Shown piece by piece: positions 17,979 to 18,839 of a stretch of DNA of 18,839 nucleotides. The notes beneath the pieces are model-generated. The model saw only the letters and a program-made list of their open reading frames with translations, was not told where the DNA came from and did no database searches. Position 1 is the first letter of the stretch; the number at the start of each line of letters is the position of its first letter. A program made the translations under genes and the position numbers. This DNA comes from an uncultured archaeon (GTDB taxonomy: Archaea > Asgardarchaeota > Thorarchaeia > Thorarchaeales > Thorarchaeaceae): contig CAZSWP010000056.1 of NCBI GenBank assembly GCA_964610875.1, forward strand, positions 1 through 18,839, read 5' to 3'.

Positions 17979-18638
17979 TATATCTCAGTACATGAGATAT
18001 AGTGTCATGAATCATCCCTTGGTAATAAAATGAGATTCTGGTTGTGTGTCGAATGAGAATACAATGAGTGAACCAGAATCGTGCGCTTATCTGTAGTAAA
18101 AAGTGCATTCTCAATTTTGCGTAGACTTGGAGAAATATCTTCTTGTGAATATATATTATCCTAATAATATACCAATATCTCTCCGAAACTCGTTATAATA
18201 AGTGGAACAGAATATTCACTCACTGATAACACACACTATGACAAATACTACTGCGAATGTAATCAGAACTACATATGAAAATGTTTCCAAGCTGGTCGTT
18301 ATAGTACATCTTGAAGTAGATATTTGTTGAACGTTTGTTGTCTAACATGATTTTGATATCCTTTTCCTCACGACACACTTCCTCATCCAATGCTATGACA
18401 TTAGAGAGGTACTAAGTCTGGATTTGTTCGGTTGTAGCTACATTCTGTTCTGATCTTATAAGAATAACGCGACAAAATGACACAAAGGGGTATAATATAA
18501 CAATTAAATTTTCGACACCTCAAAAAGAAGTTCAAGCTGAAATTGTACTGGTCCAAGGAATGGAATTAGAAGAGTCAGTGAAATCCATACATAGAGTAAT
18601 TTCTTCTTTAATCACTATTTAGTTGTCTTCTATTTCTT

Positions 18639-18839
18639 CTATTCTGTACGAATATTCTCTTCATCACTTGCTCTTGCACGATGGCCCAGAGAATTATCTA
18701 AAGATAAGAGCTGGGACAGACAAGTCTGAGCTTTTGGATTCCCTTGTTTCGCTTCTTTTTGTAGATACAATATGAGATTCTGCAGATCTTTATCACTGAT
18801 GTCTTTTACATCAGTCTGATTACCTGTTTCTGTGCTGCT
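18639..18839 (-). CDS. 3' end of a hypothetical gene entering from beyond the window
   Basis: Open frame of 66 codons from the edge (SSTETGNQTDVKDISDKDLQNLILYLQKEAKQGNPKAQTCLSQLL...RTE*). Helical and protein-like, family not recognised. Confidence 0.5.
   Translation of the reverse strand, partial: SSTETGNQTDVKDISDKDLQNLILYLQKEAKQGNPKAQTCLSQLLSLDNSLGHRARASDEENIRTE

Noticed and set aside
18416-18622. Start-less + strand frame (..GYNITIKFSTPQKEVQAEIVLVQGMELEESVKSIHRVISSLITI*)
   Set aside because: Protein-like, but it has no start near its 5' end and no recognisable family, so it cannot be supported without a search.

Overview
Archaeal-looking window: GGTGA/GGAG-type RBSs, an archaeal-style PurB N-terminus, a PflX-like radical SAM gene, hypC and an hdrA remnant. 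An Asgard/Thorarchaeia-like source is only my impression. 1-6070 is a glycosylation cluster (two GT4s, a GT-C/GT87-like membrane transferase, a polyprenol-P-mannose synthase apparently starting at CTG, and a sugar-1-P nucleotidyltransferase), followed by hypC and the radical SAM gene. 7616-10747 is a shattered nonulosonic-acid/surface-glycan locus. It has a 949-bp IS5-family element with 19-bp TIRs and no TSD lying between back-to-back 3' remnants of pseI/neuB and a DegT/PseC aminotransferase, plus an intact formyltransferase, an intact GT2 and a wecB fragment. Next come a fabG-like SDR, an intact carbamoyltransferase-fold ORF lacking all catalytic motifs, and purB. 14.3-18.4 kb is the most interesting part: an AT-rich minus-strand array of 5'-truncated paralogous tips. 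They share a GC-richer anchor (ADLxAPNPTxPDPYAxxECDGT), end in divergent multi-TM C-termini, and each is coupled to an unrelated small membrane gene. This resembles an orphan-cassette array of a polymorphic toxin/immunity (or variable surface protein) system. One cassette is fused back-to-back with an unannotated hdrA 3' fragment.
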